Below are positions 1 to 12,907 of a DNA stretch of 64,000 nt, piece after piece. Source of the stretch: Auanema rhodensis (taxonomy: Eukaryota; Animalia; Nematoda); the NCBI GenBank assembly GCA_964057225.1, contig OZ059897.1, positions 9,114,001 through 9,178,000 on the forward strand, written 5' to 3'. Each line of letters begins with the position of its first letter. Within the stretch, counting starts at the first letter, position 1. Under the pieces are notes generated by a model. It was given only the letters and a program-made list of their open reading frames with translations, ran no database searches and was not told where the DNA came from. Position numbers and translations under genes: made by a program.

Positions 1-3000
1 AAGACAGACACTTGTTTCTTGTTCGACGTAGCTATCTTCATCAGTGTCACCGCCAAGACAATCATCCTCATCGACGTTGTCGTGCTGATGCAGCTTGTCA
101 TCGTCATCAGTGTAGTCACAACTCTTTATCGTTCAGAGTCGAAGTGGAATCAGACAACAAAACGAAACTAAAAGTACCAAGTTCATACTTTCATATGAAC
201 TGTTAAACCACAATCATCAAGAGTTTTCGTAATACAATTTTGATTGGCAAATGTTGGTATTACAAAGGAATTTGATAGCTATCTCTATAATCCGACGAAA
301 CAAAAGTTTTATGAAGCACGGAGATGGAAGTAACTTTTTGCAGTCCAAAATTGACAGCAAGTTTTCTTTAGACATTGACAACGAAGTGCCACTTTTCGTC
401 TTTTTTTTGACATTTTCTAAGCTTGAAAAGTACAAAGTTTGAATCAAAAATAGACGATATTAATTGTATCTCGTTAATTTGAAGAGGAAGATTCTTGAAT
501 TTCGAGAATCTTTTTTTTTCTCAACGACATGACATCATCAGGATATGCTCATGAATACACATGTACTTGTCAATGTTTCAAGTGGTATAAGACGATAGAG
601 AATATATGGATATCTTCTTTTACATAATTTAATCTTCTTTATCTTTAAATCACTTTCCTTAAAATATCAAATTGGTATTGAGAGAGAGAGGAGAGAGAGA
701 GAGAGAAAGAGAAATAGAGGGAGAGATGGAGAGATAGCGAGATTGTATGTACTATACATGTTCAGATTCACGTGATAAACACATGAAAAGGGAGAAGAAG
801 TTTCAAGCTGATATACTCATAAATCATTTTTATAATAATGCATTTTGAAGAAAAAAAATAAAAAAATGACTATCGAATTGTGACCATAAAGCTTAGAAAG
901 CAGAAACAGTGTAATAAGCATTAGATATTGCTGTTTAAGGTTTGATGAAAAGACTACTAGGCAGGGATAACTTTAAAACTTGAACAAGTTTCTCACCTTA
1001 AACTCTGTGACTTTGCTAGAAAACTTGACTTCCGAGTACATTTTGGACGTGGCCTAAATCCAATTACGGCAGTATAGAAGAATGTGTAGAAAAGGTAAAT
1101 GTACAGCAAGATGTGATAGCGTTTTTTTTGTTTTTTTTTGTTTTTTTAAATAAAAAAAATTGAGAAATAAAACTTTTATGTTTAAATTAGTTTGAAATTT
1201 CATTGATGCTGCTGTCTACTAACCGATTTGTTGGATATGTTTGTTGCCGAGAAAATACCTGATTCGGTAGGCGAGTTGGTTGTGATGAAAGCCGACATAA
1301 AACTGTGGCAGGCATCTATTTAGAGTTTAGAAAAAATTGAAAAAAATGTATTTTTTTTCTAGGAACGTATGAAAAAAAAACGAAAAATTACGGAGACAAA
1401 TCAGAAATCATGTAAATATATAAGATTTAAGTAAAGTTTGAGAAATTACGTAGCGGGCTTGACTCGATGGCTAATGAGCAAGTGAGTTATGTTTGGGTTT
1501 CAAAAAGACAGAAAGTGTGAAAGAGTGAGAGAGAGAGAGAGATAGAGAGAGAGGGGGGGGAATAAGAGAGAATTCGTAGAGCTTAGTCGTATTTCTAGTT
1601 TAAGAAATCGATCTGATTTTTGGGATTATTGCTGCCAAAACAACAATGAAACCGTTTTAATTGTTTTTCCATAGCAGATAATTTGATAGTATACTATATG
1701 TAAAGAAAAATACATATAGTATATACATCTGAAGATGATGGAAATGGAAACATGACTTCATCATAAGAATGGCAAAAATTTAGAAAAATAATCTTTTCAA
1801 TAGAGATTATTAATAAAAATAATATTAATCTATATCTAATGTAAGATTAACATAGAAAAAAATATTTTAAAGACTGAAAATGATCAGAAAAAAATAAAAT
1901 TGGTGGATAGTAATGAGCAATAAAGAAAACAAACAACAACATCAACATGGAAAATAGAACTTATGTATATATGAATGCTTAAGAAATTGAGATGATAGTT
2001 TGTAATTAAATATAAATTATTAATGTTGAAATCAAATAATGCTGCAAAGCTATTCCTTTCTTCTCTTTTTTATGCTTTGAGCTTTGTTTTTATACAACTT
2101 TTTTGAATAGAAAGATAAAATGTAATATGAATAGATATTGTTAGATGAGAGGTCGGAGAGGACATACTGAAGATGTATGTAGAAGAATTTGTGATTTTCA
2201 AATATAATGCTGGAAAGCATGAACAGAGAGAGAGCCAAGCCAGAGACAGACAAGTTGTTCTTCTTCTGTTTCTCTTATGTCAATGAATCGAGCAAGCAGC
2301 AAAGGCAATGCGATTTGGGTTTTCGACGATGACAAATTCGGAAGATGGAGGACGTCATCGAGCTAGTATGTTCATGGCCAATGTGCTGGCTGGGAGAGCG
2401 TGAAGAATCATCCGATAACGGACACATCCATATGCAACTTCTCAAGTTTCTAAACCATTTTCTGCTTTTGAGTTCAAGCAAAAGAGAAGCATGTCTTACA
2501 TATGTATATGAATGTATGTATATGTTCAAACGTGCCCCCAACCTTTAAACGACATGAAAGTAAATGACCAGAAATTTAGGAATTTCTTTTCATTTTTTTT
2601 CTTCGAAAAAGGAAAGTAGAAAATTAATTCAATAAACCGTTAAATGTGATGAAAAAGTAATATATGTGGATGTAAATAGAAAAGTATTTTAGTAAAAAGA
2701 ACATTTTGAAGAAAAGAAGAAAAAAAACTTGGAGAAAAGGTCAAAAGTTCATAAGAACTTGTATATACACACATACATACATACATATAAGTTTAAGTTT
2801 TACTATACATATAATAATAAATCAATTCAAATATGTATATGAAAAATAGTTTTCAAACTTTTATAAAACTTATATACATCAATCTATCTATATGTACATA
2901 TATACAGCCACATATTTATGATTTTGTAGATGAAAAAAGAAGAACAAAACGCGAATTTTTGACTTTGAAATCAAAAAAAATAAGAAAGAAAAAGAATATG

Positions 3001-6000
3001 AGACTCTTCCATTCTTCTTGCTCTTCTGCTATCTGAATGTGGAGAAAAAGGAATTGTTTTAATTAACTATGCGTTTATCTTTCAGTATAATAAAGAAAAA
3101 GATGAAGAAGAAGAAGAGTTTTCTGGAGAAAATAAAACGAAAATTTCTAATTTTATGGTTTTTCAGATTGTTGAGTGGACACAATATACAAGCGAAATGA
3201 GACGAATCAAGTATACTCATCCCCAGCTTATTTCAACATTTTTTTTTGTCCAAAATAAGAATATTCTTTGCTTAAGAAGTTACAGAAAAATTAGAAAAAT
3301 TATCAGAACAAATATTTGAATCTAAACTATACATATAGATTGTATATACTATATATAGTTATATGTACTCTTACATTCATAATATTATTAATTATTTAAT
3401 TATAATGAAATAGTAATGTTTTTCAAATTACATGCTTTCAAGTTGTAATTTTTCTTTTTCAACCTGATTTTAAACTCAAAAAATAAAACAAAACAGTGGA
3501 AAGATGAAGCTTTTTAGCTTTTGAAAAACCCAAGAAAACTACAAATCATCTGGAAGAATTGCTTTTTCTTGAAGTTCAAAGGTTTATTTACGTAATATAC
3601 ATCAGATATCTGATGAAAAAGTACTATAGTCCTATATGTTGAATGAAGATGGAATTAAAAGAAGAAGAAGAAACAAAGAAAAAAGTTGCAACAAAGCTGT
3701 TGGAAAGGTTCATGGCATTAACTTATGAGTTAGTTCATCTGAACTTGATCAGTAATAACTTGTCAATCTCAGTCAAAATCAATTTGAATGTATATACATA
3801 CATACATACTACAGTCAATGATCAGTTTTTGACTAAAACATAGATATTTATTTCTTTTAAAACTGAATAAAATTGGCTGCGATTTAGTGAATTCAATTTG
3901 AAGAACTCAATTCGTCGTTGATGATGATGATGATGATTTCAAATAGTTGATATATCAATGTTATATTCGTTTTAGAAGAAGCGGAAAAGGTCAAAATCCT
4001 TTTTTTTTTAAATTTCATTCCTCTCAAGATTTTCAATAAATTTCATGAAAGAAGGAAGTGAGTTTTGAGGTTCCGGACAGATCATAGCGGAAATGCTTAG
4101 TCAGATGTTCTTTAGCCAAGCAAGAAAAAAGACGTCTTGTTGGCTTAAACTAACCTTCTCTCCCCCCCCCCCGCTTCTTCCAATCTGAGAAGATATAAAA
4201 GAATTCTATATGATATAGTATATATTGAGAAAAATCAGGAATATTCTATTGAAATATTATAATAAGTAAAATATAATCGTTTTAATAGATAATTATTTAG
4301 ATGAATGATGAGATATATGAGTTTAATTTCATTAAAAATCAAAATGTTGGCAGTGCGTTCAGAATGCGAGTTTGGTAATAACGATGATTTGAAATTTGGA
4401 ACAACTGGAAGAAGATGCCTTTGTTGACGTGAAGGGTCTACGAGAAGAAAGACACCGGTATAGCTCTGAATACAATCAAAGATTGCAAACCTATTGTGAT
4501 TTACGTAAATAGATGCTCGTATATACTAGTCCACATATGTATATTTCAATTGTTTTTATTTATGAGAAGTTATTGACTATATATAACTGGATGTATATTC
4601 CTTTTCATCAATTTTTCTTGTAACTTGTGTGTGAAATGTAAACTAATTCAATGCAAACCCTCAAAAAATATATTGAAAATGTATTGTGTAAAGCAATAGA
4701 GAATAATTAGTTTAGTGAAATTAGTCCTTAAGCTTAGTTTAAATATCTCATAATTAGGTTAATCAACTAGGCTTTAATAGATTTTCTTATTGATCTTATT
4801 CTGAAGCTTAAATCAGCTTCTTCAATTGATTTTGGAAAATTACAACGTATGCACAGACACACAGAGCACAGCGTAGAATCTTTCCCTCCACTTCCACGTT
4901 CTCTCCCTTCATCTACTTGGCCTCCTCCTTCTTCTTCTTCTCCTTCTCCTCCTCCTCTTCCCTCCCCCCAGCAATGATGAAAATAGCAAATTGTAGAGAG
5001 GAAAACTTCTTTTCGTTGAGTTTTTTTTTACTTTCGCTTGTATTAAGATGTGAGACAAGCCGTTTGGAGCAATATTCATCATGTGGAGCTCGTGTATGCC
5101 CCTGGGAGGGAATGAAAAGAAATTGCTCACTGGGTGGTAATCTTTCAGTTGATTTCATTTCTACTTTTTTCTTTTCAACAATTATTTCAATCATATGAAA
5201 TAAATAAGAAAAAGTATTTGAACTATATTATTTGTTCTTATTAAATAAAATAAATATTTTAATATTATTATCTTAATTTATACGACAGAAAATGAAAAAA
5301 AAAGTTGTATAACTAGTTAAAGCTACTTACAACTCGATTTGTGTGAAATGAAATTAAAGAATTATTTTTTTCTTCTAATTTCCAATAATTATATTATAAG
5401 ATCTCAATTTCTTCATATATATATATATATATATATAATATTTTTGAATAACAACGAGAAAAGGCTAAATTACTTAGTAAGATATACTTCTCTAGGCTTT
5501 CTTCCAATCATATTTCTTCTTTTTTTTCTTTTGATTATTACTTCTTTTCTATATACTATGTACATAGTATGTCCTATGACATAACATAATCTGTGACAAA
5601 GTTATATCTTTTCCATCAATTTTCTCTCTTTATCTTCAATACTTTTAAAGATTTAACAAACAAAAAATGCTCTTTTTCTATTATATTCATATAGTTAAAT
5701 GCATATATGTATATGGAGTTTTGAGAGAAAGACAAGATGCTTATAGTTAAACTATGATTTACATATGAAAATTGAAAATAATACTGCATTGGCTATATTT
5801 TCTCAGACAGTTGGCGATTTTCGTTCCCTCTGTTTTCAATTCTCTAATTTCCCCATTTGATAAGTTAGACCGAAATGATTGCAAAACAGTAAAAACGGAT
5901 CAGACACAACAGCATGTGACCATAATATTCTTGAAAATATCTGAATTGTCTTCTATTTTGAAGGGAAAAATGACATTTTCCCTCTTTTTTTTCTTGGTGG

Positions 6001-9000
6001 AAATCTTGTTTTATCACAAATACGTGCATGGAGAAAGCTAGATAGATAGAAATAGAAAGAGACCACCCTAAGCAAATCTGTGCTCTCTCTCTAACTTCTA
6101 ATGTTGACGAGATACATTGAGCTCTAGGGATCAGTCAAATCATTCAAACTGAAGCAGTTCCAATAGCAATTAAAAGCCTTCTGTCACTATCTACTCAAAT
6201 TTTCGTTTTCGCCATCATAAGGAATCTTTTTCAATACTTCATCTTCAACCTACTGACTTTGAACATGTAGCCTGTTGAATGGATGAAGCATAGCTATCTC
6301 ACAGCACAGAGCACAGCTCTTGAGCACAGAGCATAGAGCAGCATAGATACAGATGTATATACATCTCTACTCATAATATTTGAAAAAAAAATCTTTTTTT
6401 TTCTTGCTCAAATTACAAAGTATAGCTAAAGTTAGAAGAACAAGCTTAAACGAGACACAAAAAAATACATTTATTGATTTTCATGTTTAAGCCCTGCTTA
6501 GTGTGAAATACGGATGAAATTCAGAAAAATAGAACTTCTTCGTTGTATGTATTGACACCAAACCAAAAGACACAAAGAAAAAGATAAAAGAGAGCATAGA
6601 ATATTGAAGAATGTGTTTAAGAGATCTTTTAACCTACATACATACATACATATGTATATATCTTTATCGATATTTCTTTTTTTTTTAGTTTTCTTCTCAT
6701 CCCATCTCATCATTTGCAGCTGCTGTCAGCATGTCCTATATCTGATGTTCTCATGGAACATACGTATATACATATATAGTTAAACCAAGTGCAGATATTT
6801 AAGATAACCTTGATTATATTATAAAAAAGAAGAAGAAGATAATAAAACCCTTAAGAGAAAGAGAAAGAGAGAGAGAGAGAGTCAAGGAGAAAGAGAGAGC
6901 CGAGTAATTGTCATCAGACGTACATGCATATATTCAAATTTAAACATAGAGCTCCCTTTACTATGTCTCAGCTGGTGTACATATTATGAAGAATTCAGTC
7001 CCTCTGGTATATAAGTGAATAAAGACATTTACTACGGCTGCTTGAGCTTCCAGTTACGGACCATCTTATTGGGGGTATGATGAAAACAAACAACTAAAGC
7101 AGAATTTATAAGAACGTCCTTTATGCAGCTAATCCATAAAAAGTTCTTTTTGAAGAAGTAGATCAGATGAAGAGTACCATTTGTGACTTTTTTTTCCATT
7201 TCTGACGTATCAAATCAAAATTCTGAGTTTATCTGCATTCGCTCACAGAATACAACTTACAGCTTGCTCATAAGCAATATACTCTTATTTCAGATAAAAT
7301 TTCATATCAACATTAACATTTCCAATTAAATCTTCGCTTCAATGTGATATGATGGCAAAATAATTTGTTAAAATTGAGAAAATGAACTTTTTCTTGATAA
7401 AACTGAAATATCGAATGATGTAATTAGTCGTGAAGTAAAGAAGATGACATGTAGACGTCGTGGAGTATATTGAGATGTAAGCCCTTGTCAGATTTTGCTC
7501 ATTTTCCTCAAGTTGAAAATTCTCGTATTATGAAATTCCTTTGAGAATATTTTCAGCTCATTATACGTATAATATTATAATTAATGTTATGCCAATATTT
7601 TTCGTTTGTAACTGAAAATCTTGAGATCTTTGGGAGTTTTCTGATCAAATTGTATGTGAAAAACAAACATCTATAGAGCATAAGCTAATATTATATGTAT
7701 TTATGAAATGTTAATATGATATAGTAAAGTGGATGTGCATTTGCTACTGTCTGACCAGTCGTATTTGAAGAGAAAAAGGTTTTTTTGTCAAACTTGATAG
7801 TAGTGAAGGTTAGAGCTTTTCTGAGAAAATGCTGCTTCGTCTTATGTCGACGTCACCGACACAAGCATCGAGGATGAAGAGAGGCCCACATATGTATGTA
7901 TGTAATTCTCAGTGATCCAATATACAAAGAGGAAGAAGAAAAAGAAGAAGAAGAATGATCCAGCATAGCTTGAGAATAAGCTTTAAAGCAAAAAGAATAG
8001 AAAAGAATTGTATCTTTCAAGCTTTCAAACGGAAAAAATCCCTTTGTCCTCTCTTTATTCCTTTAATTTTACGAACTTCGCTTGTGCTTTCACCTTTCTG
8101 TGGTTTCCACCACTACAAGTCAGAGAGAAAAAACCTTTCGTCGTTCTCAAACAGAATTCAGAATTTTTGAATTGAGCACAGATGTTGCTAAGCATATCTT
8201 TTTAGTATCTCGGAATGTCTGGATGATCTTTGACCAGTTGGTCAACGTCTCGTATTCAACGCTTCTCTCTCTCTCTTTCTCTTTTTAACTTTTTTTTCGT
8301 TGTTGAGTTTCATATAGAGAAAAGCATATACACATAGGTATGTATACATATATGTTAAAAGATCCCGCCATCTGCATCAGCCATCTTTCCCGTTGTCTTC
8401 ATCCTTCGCCTCATTTTGGAGCTTTCGTTTTGATGTTCCGCTTCTTCAGTCACTCAGCTCTATGATTCAGAGAATAAATAGCCATATGTGCATTACTTCA
8501 TCTAGCGTCAGCGATATAACCTCATATGCTTTTATATTGCTCTCTCAATAGGACCAGCAGCACAAATCTTGTATGCTCCGCTTGAATCAGTCGACGGTCA
8601 CAAGCATACTTAATAGCATTGAATTCAAATTTCATTCAGGGTGGGCATTTTCCATCTCATCATTATGCTTTTTTCGGAATATCCAATCATTCAAACAGGT
8701 CAGACGAAAACCAAAAGAAGAGTTAAAGAAGATTCCAAGAAAAAAAAAAGCGAAAAAACTCGAAATCATTCAGCATTGTAGTAGATGAAGCTGTTGGCAT
8801 CGTGAATAAACTCGTATCGGAAGTGCTAATGATGACAAATAGATGAATCGTCATTTAGAAAGAGAGAAATTCTTTGAATTTTAATGCCATTTTCAAGCTG
8901 CTTAGACAACAAACCAAATTGAAAATTGCATATAGTCTGATGATAGGTTATGGATGAAAAACTGCTGCATCCTATACTCTGTATGAACAGCTAGCTATAT

Positions 9001-10036
9001 ATGTGAATAATCGATTTGGAAAATTAATTTGCTGTGAACAAGTTGTAGTCGAAAAACCGGAAATGGTTAGCAACGTAATCTGCTTTAGAGGTAGAATACA
9101 ATGATGTGCCAGTGGGGGAAAGGAAACAACTGGCTCTCTACTTCAAACCTAAGCAGGCCTCTTAAGGTAAAGTTCTAACCTTCTAAGAGGAACTTCAGAT
9201 ATATGGCTAGAAAATGTGAACCAACCTATACACACACATATGAGTTTCAACGTTTCGTGCGTTTCGTATTCCTTTCCCCTCTTCTTTCCCTTTCTCTTTC
9301 TCTCATTTCCAGACTTTATGATTAACATTGATTACCAAATTAGACGAAACTTAGAAACAACTAACGTATTATGTTGATGTATGTCGAGAGTCAAATCGAT
9401 TTACTTGGCTGATTAAACGGGTCACATCTTCTTTCCGACCGCTTGTGAAGCTTAACAACGAAGCTCTGTGTATTTCTTTTCTTTTTCTCTCTTCGATTCA
9501 TCCACTCTGTCACTGCTTTTTAGTCTGATTTTCTTTTACCCATAGACTCATCTGATTCCACGACGGACATGATTCACAACGTCATCAGACTCTTCGAAAC
9601 CGATTTGTGTTATATAAGAGAGAAAGACTGCAGCATATGCAGAAGAAGACGACATACATGTACTTGTCCAAAAGCTATGGATATGAGTAATGTATGAACA
9701 TGGAACGTTCACAGCCATGTGTCACATTCAGACTCTTCTCGTTTCACATAGATTAAGCTTTATGATGTGCGTAACGTGGCGTTTTTGGTCATTTGAATAG
9801 GCTGAAACCCATTACAAACGACAGTCAAGTAGCCTGTGTAGTATTCTATGTGTGTCACGGACGAGCAGCTTTTCGTTCACGAAAAACTAAGATCGTAAAG
9901 AGGTCGTAAACGAGGTGAGAATAGAAGAATCATCAAGTGAAAAGTTGGAGGGGAGGAGAGAAAGAGATTGGAAAAGAAGAGGTGAAATAGGTGGGAGACG
10001 ATGGACAAGCAAGATGGATTAGCTTCCGAGAGAACA

Positions 10037-10075
10037 AGCAGCAGCAGCAGCAGCAGCAGCAGTAGCAGCAGTAGC
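10037..10075. repeat. (AGC)n trinucleotide microsatellite
   Basis: Visible tandem agc run. Confidence 0.9.
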
Positions 10076-11080
10076 GGCTTCAGTAGTAGTAAAGAAAGAA
10101 TGAGTAAAAGAAAATGGATCAGAGGCATTAATAGTATGATGACGTTCAAGAGCTTTAACTCACATGATAGTCAAACCATTTAAAGCACAAACAGCTAGCC
10201 TAACAGACAGCAACGACTTCCATTCCACAACATGATAGCCTTAAGGCTATGTGAGTGTATGGATGTTTGTGTGTGGTATCTCTGCTCTTCTTCTTCATTA
10301 CCCCTCCGGTTTCAAGATAAATATCTCGTCCGATAACGTACTGGAGTCGAAAAAAGAAAAAACTTTCGAAGAATAATGCTGAATCTCCTCGAAAATCTTT
10401 TGATTTTTTTTCTTCAAATAAATTTCAATTTCATTCATTTCTGCTCTCGTTTTTCTGGCTTTTCATCATTACATGTGGTAGCATCAGCTGCCAAGTTTTC
10501 ATGAGGTGAAAAGATAAGAGAAGACAGGCGTAAAAGATGAAAATGTTCTTTCAGGATATTCTTAACTCTCTAAAGCATAGGAGAGCCAAGTCTACCACAA
10601 TTTTTTGGAAGGAAATCACGAAAATAATCAGAAATATGTAATCAAAACGACGGAGATAGAAAAAAGTTGCATTAAAAAATGGAAGGAAGCGTAGTAGAAT
10701 CAATAAAAAAATTACTTAAATATATATATGTGTATGTGTGTGTGTGTGGTGTCTGTCTGTGTGGAGTCCAAAGAAAAATAAATAAGTAGAATAATAAGCT
10801 TTTGATATACTATATAGATATAGTTAACCATAAATAGTCTAATACTGCTTGTAAAGCAGCTATCGTTTGATGAAATAATGATTTTGAAAATACACGCGCA
10901 AGACACTAGTTTACACGCCAAATGCACACAATAAATCACAGACACACTAACTATATGAATATTATATATAATTCAAACAAAAAGACATAATTAATGCGAA
11001 ATTTTAAATTTTAAAATGAAACCTGCGTTCAAGAAAAGCGATGACGTACAATAATAAAGTTCAAGAAGTTCATGACTTAC

Positions 11081-11278
11081 CCGTGATCGTTCGATGCTAT
11101 GGAGCTGGCCCGACTGACTGGTCTCAGTACCTCGCGATCGTCGGCCGTTGGTCGGTACAGGAAGGATTCACGTCTCGCATGTACGGTGTGTGGCTGTTGC
11201 TGGAGCATCTGCTGATGCTGCGACGGCACCAGATGACCGGCTCCAATCGGCGAGGCTGACGACGAGTGCTGCTCCGAG
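11081..11278 (-). CDS. pde-4: pde-4 common UCR1 exon, reached through an internal splice acceptor
   Basis: TTGTTCAG|C acceptor at 11280-11279 inside the proximal exon gives a 198-nt phase 2-2 exon (SEQHSS...RRESFLY...NDHG) compatible with all upstream phase-2 donors. Confidence 0.7.
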
Positions 11279-11769
11279 CTGAACAACGGATGGACTCGCA
11301 AGCTATGCGTGGCTGAGCCGCTGCTAGTGCAGCTCGTGGAACGGGAACAACCCAATGCTGATGCGTTCGTCGCAGATGACGCTGTAGGACCAGGCGGAAC
11401 TGCTGACGACTTTGTTAAGGTGGTCAACAAGCCGCCTGGTTTTTTCATGTGCTTAGCAGCGCCAATCGACGACGACGCAGGCAATGGTTTGGTGTGAGCA
11501 ACAGTAGAAGGAATAGAAGTAGTTGGTTGATTAGTGTTAGTACAATTTTCAGATGAATCACAAGTTGGAGGACAATTGCTGCTGGGAGTGTTAGTATTCG
11601 TGGCGGCCGCTGCAGCCGTGGACCGTCTGAATAGATTGTGCAAATGCAGCTCACGCCGCAGGCCGGAAAAGCCGAATCCGGAACTGCTAGTGGATACCGG
11701 ATGATGTTGACCCGAAGACGAGCCAGACCCGGTACCAGCAGCTGCACCGCCGTTGCGCCGGCGCGCCAT
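11081..11769 (-). CDS. pde-4: cAMP-specific phosphodiesterase 4, proximal first coding exon (N-terminus plus UCR1 PKA site); the gene continues left of this exon
   Basis: ATG at 11769 begins MARRRNGG...GFGFSGLRRELHLHNLFR...VHARRESFLYR...LRPVSRASSIASNDHG, closely matching the recalled C. elegans PDE-4 N-terminus (GFGFSSLRRELHLHNFFR; HARRESFLYR; RPVSRASSIASNEHG). Phase-2 donor GG|GTAAGT at 11080. GC-rich exon. The expected next exon (HGDDLIVTPFAQ) was not seen in 1-11080. Confidence 0.93.
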
Positions 11770-12860
11770 CTGAAGCTTCTGCCCCTCTATGCCATGGGGT
11801 GCGGCTGTCAGTTGACGGCCCGCGGAGTGTGGGGGGAGTGGAGAGGCCAGCCTCAAACCCTTTCTTTCTCTCTCTCTTCACTTTCTGCTCTCTTGGGCCC
11901 AGTAGCTTTGGTTTGAAGCACTGAAGCTGATGGAGACGCAGGGAAGACACTACTTGTCTGGTTCTCGTTACGCCTTCTCCATAGTCTCCGGGATTTGGTC
12001 GTTTTCTCTTTTCTCTATCAACCCTTCCTCCTCTTTCCCTCTGTTTCCTCTTCTTTTTAACACTGTCTACCCTACTATTTTTTCTTGCATCTCAATTTCG
12101 CATTCATCCTCTCGGGTTTTCTCTTTGTACGCCTCTTTCTTTCTCCTCCCCCTTCTTTCTCTCTTTCTTTCTATTATTCTCTCCCTGTTTTGATTTACTC
12201 TCTTTATCTTTTCCTCCCTTTTAGTTACAGAAAATTTCATAACTATTTCCTAGTTCAGCTCAAAATTCTTTCTCTCTTAACACACACACACACCTTCCAT
12301 TTTTCATATTTTCAAGTTCTCATATACGCTTTCATTCATTTGTTTAGGCAATAATTACCATAGTATTCGATCATAATCGTCCCCTATGTACCAGTAATCA
12401 ACGTTTCATACTCTCAATACTCAATATGAGAATCTTTCAATTCACCAGACACTCATATCAGTTTTTTCTTAATCAGTTAACTGTAACCAAAAATATTTTG
12501 TTTGAAGCACAATCTTATTAATTTAAATGTTTAAAACAAGTCCTTAACTTAGATGTTCTAATTTAACAGAAAGAAGTATCAATATCCTAGCTATTCATCA
12601 TCTATTTTTTCAAAAAATACAGTTAAAAAATTCTATTTAATCATCATATAGCTAATAATATTTGAAATTCAAAAAAAACAAAACAAATAAAATCGCTATA
12701 TTTGTATTTTTGTTATTTTTCTGTCTATTTCAGAATACTCAAGAGGTTAATATTGTGGATTTTCGATTTTTTGTTTTGTTGTGAATTCTTTAATGCAATA
12801 AGGGATTAAAGCAGGACAAGACGGATTTGAAAAGACGTAACTACTACTACAACGACTTAC

Positions 12861-12907
12861 CGTCTAGACCCTGGCACGAACCAAACTGTGTGCCGTCGAG
12901 TAGTCAT
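12861..12907 (-). CDS. pde-4: pde-4 alternative first coding exon (MTTRRHTVWFVPGSR)
   Basis: ATG at 12907, 47 nt, strong donor CG|GTAAGT at 12860 in phase 2, which fits the 11278 acceptor. Contains RRHT, a PKA-type motif. Confidence 0.55.

Noticed and set aside
4909-5198. Overlapping 73-93 aa ORFs
   Set aside because: Driven by GAA/GAG low-complexity sequence, with no recognisable domain or consistent splice sites.
11770-11856. ORF-track N-terminal extension of pde-4 from a TTG start
   Set aside because: The locus is eukaryotic and similarity to PDE-4 begins at the ATG at 11769.
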